DNA of 64,000 nucleotides from Paragordius varius (lineage: Eukaryota > Animalia > Nematomorpha): assembly GCA_964247055.1 (NCBI GenBank), contig OZ176050.1, forward strand, positions 14,756,001-14,820,000. The letters are read 5' to 3'. The notes below the pieces were generated by a model, which was not told where the DNA came from, did no database searches, and saw only the letters and a program-made list of their open reading frames with translations. Both the position numbers and the translations under genes were made by a program. Shown here piece after piece: positions 51,207-64,000 of this stretch (the first letter of the stretch is position 1; each line of letters starts with the position of its first letter).

Positions 51207-54200
51207 ATATAGAGCAGGAATACGTGCAAAAATATGAAGACTCCAAAATCCAAAATTTTTCAGTTCTCATCAGTGATCCTGTCTCTCACAGCATAATCGT
51301 TGGGGCAAAGTATATATAAAATCAATATTTTATTTTTATATAAAATGGAATATTAATAAATTTCCTATTAATTATTCTAGAAAATATAATTATACAACTG
51401 GTTGAATTTATATATATTTTAATAATATTAAAATTAAGTTAATATATACCATTTACAATTCGAATTCACCCTTGAACAATTCAAATTCACCATAAATAAA
51501 TTATGTGTTTTCGGGCAGCTAATATAACTCATCATTAATATGAAATATATTTTTACGATAGTTTATTATTTTTCCAGCATTATAATTACTTTTTTTATAT
51601 TTTAATAAATAAAGGAAATTTTTAATTTTAAAATACACATAATTTGATTTAGGGTGAATTTGAACTGTAAATGGTGTATATAAAAAATCCATAACTCCCT
51701 ATAATATATGTTACAGAGATCACCTGATTCGCTTAAACAATGATGATTTAAGCGAAATTGAAAGAGTCCAAGTCCCTGCACAAGCAAGCACTCTACGTAA
51801 ATGTTTGGAAAAGGCTGTCACTCCATTCGAAAAGGCAAATTTTTGCTTTATATATCGCTTGATATTTTTAAAATTTGATATCGTTTAATTAACATTGTAT
51901 CTAACCTTTTTTTTCCATTTGAGATATTTTAAAATGCTCGTTAATTATTGCGCAACATATAATACAAATTTATTTCCATTGTAATAAAATAGGAGGAATG
52001 CGCAAACTATGTTCGGATCATCCATAGCTTTCAAAACAAACTTTTTATTTGTGGAACAAACGCTTTGGATCCAGTTTGCAGTTGGCATCAGGTTTTTTTA
52101 TATATAAAAAATCTCATAAATTATATATTCAACTTTTTAGAATTTATCTGTATCTAAGAAAAGTAGCATACGATTCAGTATATGTAGATTCTTATTTTTT
52201 GTTCCATAATACCAAAATTAAGCTGTCTGTTTATCTAAAAACATGGCCATATCTTTTAAATGAGGAATCGAAATCCTGCCATTTTATGCAAATTCTAAAG
52301 TGTATATAAAAAATTCTAATCTAAAACTATAAAAACAGTTTTAACCCCAATGATATAATTTATGATATTCTCTTTTAGACGAATAATTTACGGAACGTGA
52401 TGGAAAGTATGGATGGGAAAGGGCGTTCCCCTTATGCATCCTACATCCCACATGCTAGCACGATCGATCAGCTGACCGGAAACTTTTATGTCGGCACCTG
52501 GCTGGATTATAGTGGGCAAGAGGGCGTATTTTACCGCAGTCTTGGTCCTGATCCTTTCATACGGACTTTGCCTCAAAGTGATGATTGGTTAAAAGGTTTT
52601 TTGATATTTAATTTTAAATTATGAAGTTAAAACTTTAAAAACACTCAAAGACAAATATTATGCAAATTTTGAATTGTTTAAATGATTGTGTAGTAAAAAT
52701 TGAAATTATACGGATAAAACGTAAAAATAGAAAGACAAATATTTGCCAATCATAAAATCTTAATTTTTAAATATAAATTATATAAACAACTGTAAAGTAT
52801 TAAAAAAAGATGTATACTGTTAACGCAATCAATAGTCAAATAATTTATATGGGAAAAATAAAGGTTTAAAAAGTATGATTGTCTTTTGAAAAAAAAATAT
52901 TTATCTTATATTTTTACTTTTTGTCCGTATAATTTTAATTTTTGTATTAACTATTTACATCTTACCTATTTTGCAACCACGATGATGAGTTATATGCATA
53001 AATAATGGTATTAAAAGTGCTATCTTTTAAAAAATTGTATTTTAGTGAAAGTGTTGTGTGTTAAATTTTAATTTACTCTATAAAGATAAAAACAGATAAT
53101 TTTTATTTATGCATAAGGACAGCCATACTTTTTTAACCATATTGTTTAAACATACCTTATCGTTTTTAGGTTGCGAAAAAGATAAATTGGTATTAAAACA
53201 CCCAATTATATTTTTTTAATCATACGTTGAATTAAAAAAATAATTGTCTTTAATATTTTATGTTTTGTCCGTGTGGTTTCAACTTTTACTGTAATACATT
53301 TTTTTCATTAATGTTAAAATTGAAGTAAACTCGATATTGCATAATATGGGTAAAATATATATATATAAAATATCTTATGGTTTTTTATTTTGGTTTAGAG
53401 CCTGAATTCGTTGCAATGTTTGACATTGGACAATACATTTATGCCTTTTTCCGCGAGGTCGGGAAGGAAGATCCTGTCAATAATCAAGTAAATATTTTTT
53501 CAAAAGTTAGATTAGTTGTTTTATGAGTAGACAATAAAGTATTAGCGACTTTTATAAATAAATCATATTTAATATATATTAGCATTGTATTTTGACAAAA
53601 CCTCAATTTACAGAATAAAAGTTATATAGTCAAAGCTTAAAAACAAAAAGCCAAATATTTTTATCAAAAAAGTTAACCACGCTTTTTGATACCTTGATTT
53701 TTCCTATATATGAATTTATCTTTAAGTTTTTAAGTTTTATCTGTATAATATCAATTTTTACACCATATGTTTCTTTTTTTATTAGTTTTTTTAAAAAAAT
53801 TTTTTTTGATTAATTTAGAGTGTATATGTGAAAGACTAATTTATAAAAGAATCATAGCTAATACAGTAAATTAGTTCTATATTAATATAATTATTATTTC
53901 ACAGATCTTTTTAGTTTTCCTTAAATTCTACACTAAAGTATACAATAAAAATTGAAATTATACGGACAAATCATAAAAATATAAAGGCACAAATTATTCT
54001 TAAAAAGACTTTTTATATATAAATTATGGTATATTTTTGCAAAGTTAAAAGCAGAGTAGTATATTGATAACTCAATCCATTGTATATATTATATTTGTAT
54101 TAGAATAGTTTATACAAAAAACACGGTCTAAAAAAGAATGAATGTCTTTTTTTGAAGAAATATTTATTAAATTCTTACGTGTGTCCGTATAATTTGAAAT

Positions 54201-57200
54201 ATTTCTGTAATTTTTATTATACTTTTTAACTTTAGATGACATATTCAAGAGTAGCCCGGATCTGTAAAAACGATTGTGGAGGAACTCTTTTGTATGATAA
54301 TATTTGGGTCACTTTCCGTAAGGCTCGCATTCTTTGTTCCACATCTATTGACTCACCAACATTTACCATGATGGACAAGAAAAGAGAAATGACTGTTCTA
54401 GAAAAAACTTTCTCTGCAAATACAGCAGGGATCTCTAAAGAAAATGTAAATTCAAATTATGTCGGAGGATTAAAATCAGAATCAAAATTAGAAGAACAAC
54501 CTAAAATATCTTACACCTTAAATGAATTGATTGATATTCATTGGGATGCGAATGAAAACGCTTTCATAGCTTTATTCCAGGATTCTATGTAATAAATAAG
54601 TCATATCATACAAAGCTAAATTTTACATATGTTTTAGCGTAAAATTTTATATTCCAAACTAATTATAGTGTAATTAGACATATAAAATGAGAAAAACTAT
54701 GAATTTAAAAGTTGATTTATTTTGAAAAAAAGCCGTTGACAATAAATTTTCCGACATAAATCAGTTAAGACTTTTTTAATTGGTTAATAATAAGCTTTTT
54801 ATATTTTTGATATACCATTCAGTTCAAATTCACCCTTGAACAATTCAAATTCACCCTAAAAATAAATTATGTGTCCTCGAATTAATATAACTAATTATTA
54901 TTAGATATATAATATATCTTTATGGCATAGTTTATTATTTTTTTAGCATTTTAATCTAAATCAAAATTTGATAAAATATAAAAATATAGGTAATATTTAT
55001 AAAAACACATATAATTTATTTGAGGTGAATTTAAATTGTTAATGGTATAGTTTCATTTAACAACCCCTATTATTATACAAAAACTAAGAATGTAATATAG
55101 TCTGTCCCTTTTTTCATATCTTTACAAAAAAATATACTTTTTTAAACTCCTTATATGTAATTTTCATTGTTTTGCTATATAGTACATCGTTAACCGGGAT
55201 TTGTACATATTCCTTGACGAGTATAGAAAAAGTTTTTGAAGGCCCCTACACTTACTATGTCCCATTGAATGGCTTGGGACAATCTACAGATTATTCCTTG
55301 TATAATCAACAATTACTACATGAAGATGTTAGCTCTAATGGTTATTGGGTTCCTAAAACAAATCCTTATGCCGGCGGCACTTTGTGTCAGACTCGTGAGC
55401 GCGCTTTCAATGACACGATCGAGTTGGAGCGGCTTGTAAGTCAAGCCAGTTACTTTCAAACCATGAAATTGGTTGTAAAACCCGAAAAAATTCTGATTAA
55501 TCCACATCATCTCTTGCATAATAAGTAGGCGTAAAAACTGTTTTTATGAACTAAATATTGGAAATATTTATATTTGATTGCATTAATATATGCACACATT
55601 TTTGTGTTTACAGTAAAGGAGAAATTTATAAAGATAAAACATAAAAAGTAAAAGACATGTTTTTTTCATCAAACATAAACCATATTTTTTAAACCTTTAT
55701 TTTTTTATATTATAAATTATCGTTTGGTTGCCAAATAACGAAAAATAATTTATATTGGTATAAATTTATATTACAATCGTAGTTACATGTAGAAAATAAT
55801 GGATTGAAAAAATATCCTTTTCTTTATGAAATATTTTCTACTTTATATATTTTGCTTTAATAATAGATTTTACTGTATATTTTAAGCCGAAAATATATAA
55901 ACTTTTTAATTCCCCAACGAATAAATAATTATTGTTTGTTTTAAGTAAATTTGACCAAACATATTTATCTTACAGTTTTGTGATTGTTTTATTTTTAGAT
56001 TCAATCACATGATTGTACACCCAATTAAAGTTGTGCCAAATACTAAAACGCCCGAATCAAAAATTAAACATAAAGCTGAAACAAAAATGTCCACAAAATC
56101 TTTTTCATTCCTGATTTACCTTTCTAGTCCTTCCACAAACGGCATTTATAAATTTTTATATCAACCAAATCTCAATAATGAACCAAAGAGTCGTTTAAAA
56201 TCTCATGATAATCGTGAGGAAATTTGTCTTTTGGAAGTTTTACCATTAACAAACAATAATATGGTGACAGTCACAGAAAGAAGGAAAAAACGCGGATATT
56301 TTAATTCCAACAAAATAGATTTGCTTTCAATGTCATCTGGCTGGGAATTGCCACAAATTAAAATTAATAAACTCATTGGAAGCAAAGATCAGGTATTGAA
56401 ACCTATTAATTAATTTATATTTTAATTTTTTGATTATTTTTAAGTTTAAGTATAAAACCAATATAATCCATAAATATGGGTTAGATTGCTTTTTTTGAAA
56501 ATTATAAAATTAATCTTAATGAAATTAATATATGATATGGTATATACAGTGTACTTTTTCAAAAATGGACTTTATATAACACTTTATCCATAAAAGTGTT
56601 TATATCTTGCTATAGACAGTAAAATTTGATATTATACGGACAAATCGTAAAAATATAAAAGCAAAAATGATTTTTTTAAAGACAACCATACTTTTTTGAA
56701 CCTTAATTTTTCCTGTAAAAATCATCTAATTACAATCGTAAAATACATAATTGATTGTGTTACCAATTTACATTCTATATTATACTTTGTAGTTTAAAAC
56801 GAGTTATTTTAAAAAAAATCAAAATTTGAAAAGTATCGCTGTCGAAAAAAATTGTCAATATATTTTTACGTTTTGTCCGTATAATTTCAATTTTTGCTGT
56901 ATTTTCAAACATATTTTCCTTTGTAGAAATATCTATACGTTCTAACTGATACTGCCGTTTTGAAACTGAACCTTGCCAAATGTCATTTGTATTCGGGCTC
57001 CAAAGCGTTGTGTTTAGGGTCGAATGACCCTCTTTGTGGTTGGGATAAACTCTTGAATGAATGTCGCCCTACACTTGCGACTTCACCATCGTCTTTCAAT
57101 GGTGACAAAAGCGGACATAATTTAGTCGGAGAATATCATTATTGGAAACCAGCGCCTGTCAGTTGTCCGGCACAACAATCAAATTTACCCTTAAATTCAA

Positions 57201-60200
57201 AAGCAACGTTTGAAAGCAAAAACCTCCCTAAACTGAATTGGAAAACGGCGTTGAATCAAATAAACCATGCTTTTTTGAATGGTAACCATATTTTTTAAAA
57301 TTTCTCTTTTTAAATCGGATAAATATATTATCACTTTTGCCACTCTGCAACCTTAGATAATTCATTTTTATAAAGATTCATGTTTTTGGATTTTGGTGAA
57401 AATCAAAGTTAGCAACACTTTTTCGGGGAGCTTTAAATTCAAAAATAATGTTGCTTTTTATTCAAATATATTATTCAACTTATATTGATAGGGATTTTCG
57501 TCTTATTCATCTTTATTTGAAAGATAGAATAAACCATTTTAAACCTTATAAAACCAATTTTTTCGGAGTCCAAACAGAATAATTTAAAAATAGTACTCAG
57601 ATGGCCGGATGTCAAACCATTATAATTTGTATTAAAAATGATAAAATTAGGCTCATATGAATCAAATGCCGAAAACGTAAATTGGTCCGAATGGAAAAAA
57701 TGTCAATTGCTTAATCCAACAACAGCATGCCTTTGTCGCAAATCGGATTGTCCTTACTTAACTTCGCCTTTTGAAGAAGAAGAACATATTGACAATTGTC
57801 AAAATTTTGAACCTGAAATACAAGTCACCAATTGTACAAGTATAAAAAAATTGCATAAATAACCCCAAAAATGTTATAAATATATAAATTACAGTAAAAA
57901 TTAGGATTATAAGGTGAAAAAATTAGAAGGAAGAATAAAGGTTAGGAACCATATTTTTAAAATTTTGAAAACTGGGAAATAGAAAATTGGGTGTTTCTTA
58001 TTAATTATTATACATCTGTGCCTTTTTAAATATCCAAAACTATAGGTTAGTTAAAGGTATATTAAATATGGAGTTTTTCCATCGATTTTTATGATTTTAA
58101 TTTTATTTTTAGCCATATTTTAGTTTACAACAGAAGTGCTCAGTACAAAAAAATGACTTGTTTATAAACAAAATATTTTTTGGAAATTATGGAGTTTTTT
58201 ATTTTTATAACAATTTTGTGAATTTTTCACTGACCGTTACATAAATTTGCCGATATTTGTAAGGGAATTAATCAAGCATCGTTGACTAACTGACACCCGG
58301 AATACTACTACATCTTTAATTCCCAAAGAAATTTGAAAATCAGCAATCCATTAATTCACATAAGTCATAAGAGAATAGCTAGTTTTATGGTTGATCTTAA
58401 CATAATAATCAACAATATGATCTTTCTTTCTTAATTCATTGGTATTGATCACCTTTATTCACCCTGATTACCATTATTAAGGCAACTTTGTTAATTCTCA
58501 TTCTATCATCTGCAAACATTTCTTTCTGATATGCGCTCTCTTTACCCTAATTAAAACATTAGCCAATCTAGCTAATGTGTGAAAGATGAATTTTCAGTTG
58601 CTACGATTGATGCTATCTATATTAAAAATCTTCTTGTAAAACAAACTGAGAATAGGTTTAAAGAAAAGTCAGAAGATTTTGGTTGGTTTATTTCCTCTCA
58701 TGCTGGCGCGGTCGATAGGATAAATAATTGCAAATTGGAAATTTATCAAGTATATCACTCACTGAGTAACTGACCCCCGGAAAACACTTTAAATCTCCAG
58801 ATGGTACCTTATTCTCTAATATGCAACAATGTCCAAAAAAATCAGAAAATCATGTAGTTATTACAATCCATTATCATAAGAAAAAAAGTAAATTATCAAA
58901 GCAACTTTGAAAATCCTAATCCTATTCACCGCGCCATCATGAAAGGAAACAAACCAACTAAGATACACTCGGCCTCTTTAACAAGAAAAGTGTTTTAGTT
59001 TTTTTACAAGATCAAGCAAGACCTTTAGAGTATATTTATATTATCATATTTGCGGCAACTGAAATTTCTTCTTTCACATTAGCCAAATTAGCTAATGTTC
59101 TCAGTGCATTTTTTGTGTCAGAATTTTTGATTATTTTAGTTTTCCAGGAGGGTTGGCTGTGTTATTTCTAGCAACATGTGATTTGTCATAACATAGGCCT
59201 GAACACCTGATCATAGTTCCATGAAGGAACCTTTCAAACATGCATAAAACGAGCACAGATAGATGGAAAGAAATGTATCAGGATGATATGTTGAGGGTAA
59301 TCAAAGTTTGCTCTGAGAGATAAGAAAGAAAGACTATGTTATTGATTATTATGCCAAGATCAACAACTATTCCCTCATTCTTTATGACAAAATTATTGGA
59401 TCGCTGGAATTACTCACTATATATAATACACTTCTAATTTGTCGTTACTTATAGTTGCAGTAGTGAGAGGTGTAGCATAATCTGGAATAAGTTGGACAGC
59501 TTGATTGATGAAAAAAGCTCATCTCTTGGATAGATTGAAATCTTGATAAGTTTGAGTAAAACCCAAGGTCATAGAACATTTAGACTGTTGAGAAGTGGTA
59601 TCACATGAGCTTTTCAGGCTCTGGTTAAGTGGTTTGTTAAGGAGCCTACATGTGCAGAGCCAAATTTGGATTTCATATCATATTTTGTTAATACAACAAA
59701 GTAAAAATCGTTTCATAAGATTAAGTTTAATGAAAACTTTATCAAGATTGGTGTGTTTAGACTCAAGATATATAAAACCAATCCCTAGCATATCTTATTT
59801 AGTAGAGAAATGGAATGAATAGCTGCTAATGAGTTGATATAAGAGATTAAACTTGCAATTACCTATGTGGATCTTATCAAGTTTATTGATATGTGAAGAG
59901 TTAAGATTATATAAATGGTGAAAAGCCAAAATAAGTTGTGGAGGGTGACGCCTTTATATAAACACTATTAATTATAAAATACTAAAATACAAAACATTTA
60001 AAATATATATGAAAATTTGTCGACATTCAAATTGGAAATTAATCAAGCATCACTGATTAACTGACACTTCTAATGCTAATACATCTTTCATTCCCATCAG
60101 CCGCACAAAATATCTCAAAGTGGCGTAGGCAGCTCGTGGGCTACGTGGTGGACACCCTTCTTGTTTTATATAATTATATAACGGAATTTAGCTATTTTGT

Positions 60201-63200
60201 CCTTACATTTTTTTATTTCGCCTAGTTAATGGAGGCTGGTCTAAATGGACAGTTTGGAGTGAATGCCAAAGCCCCACAGGAAAGAAATGTGACCCAAAAT
60301 CCTCGCGAATTCGAACCAGAACATGTAATAATCCGATTCCAGCTTTTGGTGGCCGAAATTGTCAGGGAAGAAAGCGAGAAATTCAATTATGCCCATATGC
60401 AAGAGATTGTACAGAAGAAAAAGGTTTAAAATGATTTTTAAAAGAGCTAATTGATTGTGAAATAGGTTGAGCATATAGATGTTTATATATATATATATAT
60501 ATATATAATAAAAATAACTACAAAGTATAATATAGAAATGTAAATTGGTACAATCAATTATGTATTTTACGATTTGCATTTAAAATGTTTTTAGGATAAA
60601 TCAAGGTTTAAAAAAGTATAATTGTCTTTTAAAAAAAATTTGTGTCTTTATATTTTTACGTTTTGTCCGTATAATTTTAATTTTTGTATACCATCATTGA
60701 ATTATTTTATGAATTATTCGTGGGTGGTATGTTAAAACGTTTCTCAAAAAATGTCTATCAATTAATTTTAGCAAGCAGTTATAATAAATTTATGCCCACA
60801 AATACCAATACTTACCCACAAAAGGCTAGCTATTTATTTTAAGTTATATATATATTTTTATTTATGTTTGTACAAGTACAAATAAGTTAAAATGGAAAAA
60901 AGTTTATATTTAAATTTTATGCTTGATTTTTTTTTCATTTGTTTGCAGTGGACAGTGGAACCGAGTTAATGCATTGGTCGCAATGGACAAACTGGGGGCC
61001 CTCTTGTCATTCCAATCAATCGAAACATTTTTCAAATAATGAAACTGCGACAACAGAAATATCATTTCAAACCCGTTCTCGCCAATGTTTAAATCGAAAT
61101 GATAAAGATTTGAAACATTATTGTGTTGGTTCACCGCTTGATATACGATTTTGTGATACAACTAATGGACGTGATATGTTGACTACAAGTATATATACAC
61201 CAATTTAATTAATATGATAAGATTTAATTGTTTTGTGCAAATGCGATTTAAAAGGGATTTTTTTTAAAGTTAACTAATATATCCCATTTAATTAGATATT
61301 TTTATTTGAGATTTTAAGGGGAATCGTAATTTTACACAAAGCCCCGAATTTAAATATAGTAAAATTTAAATTATAATAAGATAAAACGTACAAACTAATT
61401 AAATATTTGTTTTGAATAGCAACCATTTTTTGACCTTGATTATTCCTATATAAAATATATTTTCACATTTTAAAATTAATAGCCATAACGACAGGTTAAA
61501 CTAAAACAAGGTTTAAAAGATGTGCATGTTTTTAAAAAATAATCATATTTTTAGTTTTTGCTTTTATCTTTCCAATCCCGTTTCTAACAATTGCATATAA
61601 AAATTATGGTAAAAATATGGTTTTATAAAATAATTGCAGCTCTATACATGTTAAAAAACTTAAATTATATATTTTAGTCCTTCCTCTTTTTAAATTTTAC
61701 TGTACAATATTATAAAAAAGTAAGAAAACAGTAATTAATTTTATTTATTTTAGCTGGAAAAGTGTGGAGTCCATGGGTGGAAAGAAATGCAGTAAATTTG
61801 GCCGAACTCACTTTGAAGTTGCAGGACTTTCATCGAAAAAATCCTGAAATCGATGTCGCCGATCTCTTTCTGAAAGCTAAAACAACTTCTAATTATAACC
61901 ATTTAGTTGATTACGTTTATGGGACGAAATATGAGGCCTTCTGTGAATTAAATTTGCCAAAACAAAATCTTTTGTATGATAACTCTACTAATATGGCCCT
62001 AATAATTACACCAAAACTTTATTTGAGAAAATTTGCCTGCCAGAATCTAGCAAAAACAGTAAATGTGGACTGGAATGCAGAAACATCCATGAGTGATTGT
62101 TTTCAGATAAACGGTATATTACCTACATTATAGTACGAAGTTAAACTTTAAATTTAATTGCTTAAGTCGCATCAAATATAATCTTTTTATTATAATTCAG
62201 ATTACCGTGACTCGCTGTTCCAAGACAAGCAGAGCCCTTTACTCAAAACCGATGATAGGTTCAGAGTTTTTGATGACAAATCAAACCTAAATCCCTCTTT
62301 TACTTCATTAACAAACTCGGCTGCTAAAGATAATCCAATGGAACGACGATTTAACAGTTTGGGTAATGATGATCCCATAAAAATTATGGGTTTTCAGACG
62401 AAGGGAAAATCTCCCGATAAAAATTGGGTTAACTGGTATCAACTCATGATAGGGTGTGTCATCTCTTTCGTTGGAGGAATAATGCTGACAATAATCATAT
62501 TTGCCGTTTTTATGCGAATTCAACGTCGATATGGATCGTCCTCTCGTGCCAGCAGTTTAAGAAAATCTTCTTCCAGTTCGGTAGATTCTCCTGGCCTGCT
62601 TAACAAATTCTTTTTCCCATCGACCCTTTTCCAAAACTTGCAATTGAATCATAATGGATTACTCCGAGGAACGAATCGCAGCCAAAAAGTTTCCCAATTA
62701 TCGGACACTTTGCTTTTGGGCGGTCTCAATCATCGAAACGGAAGCGTTAAAAGTGATGGAATTAATGGGAATGATTCTTCTGTTTTTGTGGATTTTTGTG
62801 ATCGCCACACAACTCGTCACAAACACGATAGTGGTATTATGCCCTCTTGTGAACGATGTCACAAAGCCAAATTGATCAAACCAAACTTTAGTAATAATAC
62901 ATTAACATACAAGGCTATCAAGGATGTCAATGATTGTGTCTGTGATATGTATGAATTTAAACAAAATCAACAGCATATCTATGAAAGAAATTTAGATTTT
63001 AAAACGGTAAACCACGGATCAGAAAAACAAAATTTTAACATTGATCTCTACAAAAATAACTCCCACTCGCCTCCCTTATGCCATGATTGTGGGGGCGAAA
63101 AGATAGAAGACCCAACAAACACTGAAACCGTAAATTTTGACCAAAAAAGCTCTATTTACGGCGGACAATCCGATAAAAGAATTGTTGCTAATCCATCTTT

Positions 63201-63837
63201 AGGCATCACTGATTTATTAATGCGGCGGGAAAATACTTATATGCCATATAACTCGGCTATAAATGTTCGAAATAATGAAAGTCCACTTAATAATCAGCTG
63301 ATGTTCCAATCTGTCATTGAATATCCCAAGGACCGAACACTCACTGAGGGAATTAAAGGAGAACCTCCATCTTATAGCACACTTATACATGCCAGCAATC
63401 ATGAAACTAATCAAATTCGGCCTGCAAACTATTCCGCTGTACTCTTACAAAAGCAAAACTCAAATAATATATATACTGCCGGCTCTAATCTCATATCTAA
63501 ACATAACGAGAATGTAATGTATTATCCATTGACACACGTGCTACCTGTCAATAATCCATATAACACTTTGAATAAAAAACCCCTTCCCCCACCAAAAAGT
63601 AAAAGTGTGGCTCGAAGTTTTTCGATTCGGGAAACGAATTCATCCTTTGCTCAAACAATTAATCCAAATCAATATATGGCGACGAACACAAAATCAAGGA
63701 AAAATAATAGGAGAGAACCCGTTTTTGGGTTAAACTTACCAAATAAACCCTTGAAAAAAGAAGCTTCATTCAAAAATTATGACAAAAATCGAAGACACAA
63801 CCACTCCATTCTAAGTCCCAGTGGATATGATGAATAA
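51207..63837 (+). CDS. Sema5: Class 5 semaphorin-like (Sema-PSI-TSP1-TM-long tail); first exon not found
   Basis: Phase-consistent exons: 51207-51309, 51717-51834, 51993-52091, 52379-52595, 53399-53487, 54236-54588, 55183-55524, 55999-56392, 56927-57281, 57651-57839, 60226-60423, 60949-61188, 61754-62113, 62201-63837. Motifs ECANYVR, CGTNA, FFRE, YSRVARICKND.GG, PSI C..DPLCGW, TSP1 GGWSKW..W..RTRTC, TM LMIGCVISFVGGIMLTIIIFAVF. Confidence 0.88.
51447..51676. mobile_element. TACCATTT-family MITE in a semaphorin intron
   Basis: TA|TACCATTTACAATTCGAATTCACCC ... GGGTGAATTTGAACTGTAAATGGTG|TA. Confidence 0.7.
52692..53291. mobile_element. Two adjacent diverged CAGTAAAAATTGAAATTATACGGACAAA-family MITEs
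   Basis: TIR-like motifs at 52692, ~52940 and ~53291. Confidence 0.5.
53943..54207. mobile_element. CAGTAAAA-family MITE
   Basis: caataaaaattgaaattatacggacaaa ... gtccgtataatttgaaatatttctg|ta. Confidence 0.65.
54813..55047. mobile_element. TACCATTT-family MITE
   Basis: TA|TACCATTCAGTTCAAATTCACCC ... GGTGAATTTAAATTGTTAATGGTA|TA. Confidence 0.7.
56617..56899. mobile_element. CAGTAAAA-family MITE
   Basis: CAGTAAAATTTGATATTATACGGACAAA ... TTTGTCCGTATAATTTCAATTTTTGCTG|TA. Confidence 0.75.
60486..60507. repeat. (TA)n microsatellite
   Basis: About 11 TA units. Confidence 0.9.
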
Positions 63838-64000
63838 CATGCCAAACTTTGGAAACATCTTTAAGTCATAACATTATTCAAATAACTAAATTTACGATAG
63901 AATAATATATTGAATTTTTTCAAATAATTTATATAATTATGCATTTATTAGAAATTACAGAAATTAAATTCCAAACTTCATAGTCATTTTTATATTATTA

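Noticed and set aside
1-64000. CRISPR array, rRNA/tRNA genes or prokaryotic invertase system
   Set aside because: No short repeat-spacer pattern, RNA-gene signature or recombinase ORF seen. The window is spliceosomal-intron eukaryotic DNA.

Overview
AT-rich eukaryotic (invertebrate-like, GT-AG introns) genomic DNA in two parts. (1) ~1-43.5 kb: an unknown + strand gene whose two small symmetric (phase 1-1) exons, here called A (120 nt) and B (108 nt), are amplified into a ~37 kb array of about 10 units (10 A copies, 13 B copies). Each unit is exon A - exon B - hAT (Buster/Charlie-type) remnant fused to a mariner fragment, with nested MITE and RTE insertions. Three units are ~1 kb inverted-repeat structures with an exon B in each arm and exon A in a ~360 bp spacer. 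The spacer is sense in one structure and antisense in the other two, the signature of an invertible exon cassette. One unit carries an intact RTE LINE (998 aa) with an HDV-like ribozyme fold at its 5' end. (2) ~47.8-63.8 kb: an intronless iRhom (882 aa), then a class-5-semaphorin-like gene with 14 traced coding exons and MITE-filled introns. No CRISPR, rRNA or tRNA seen. All alignments were done by eye; the species is not identifiable from this window.
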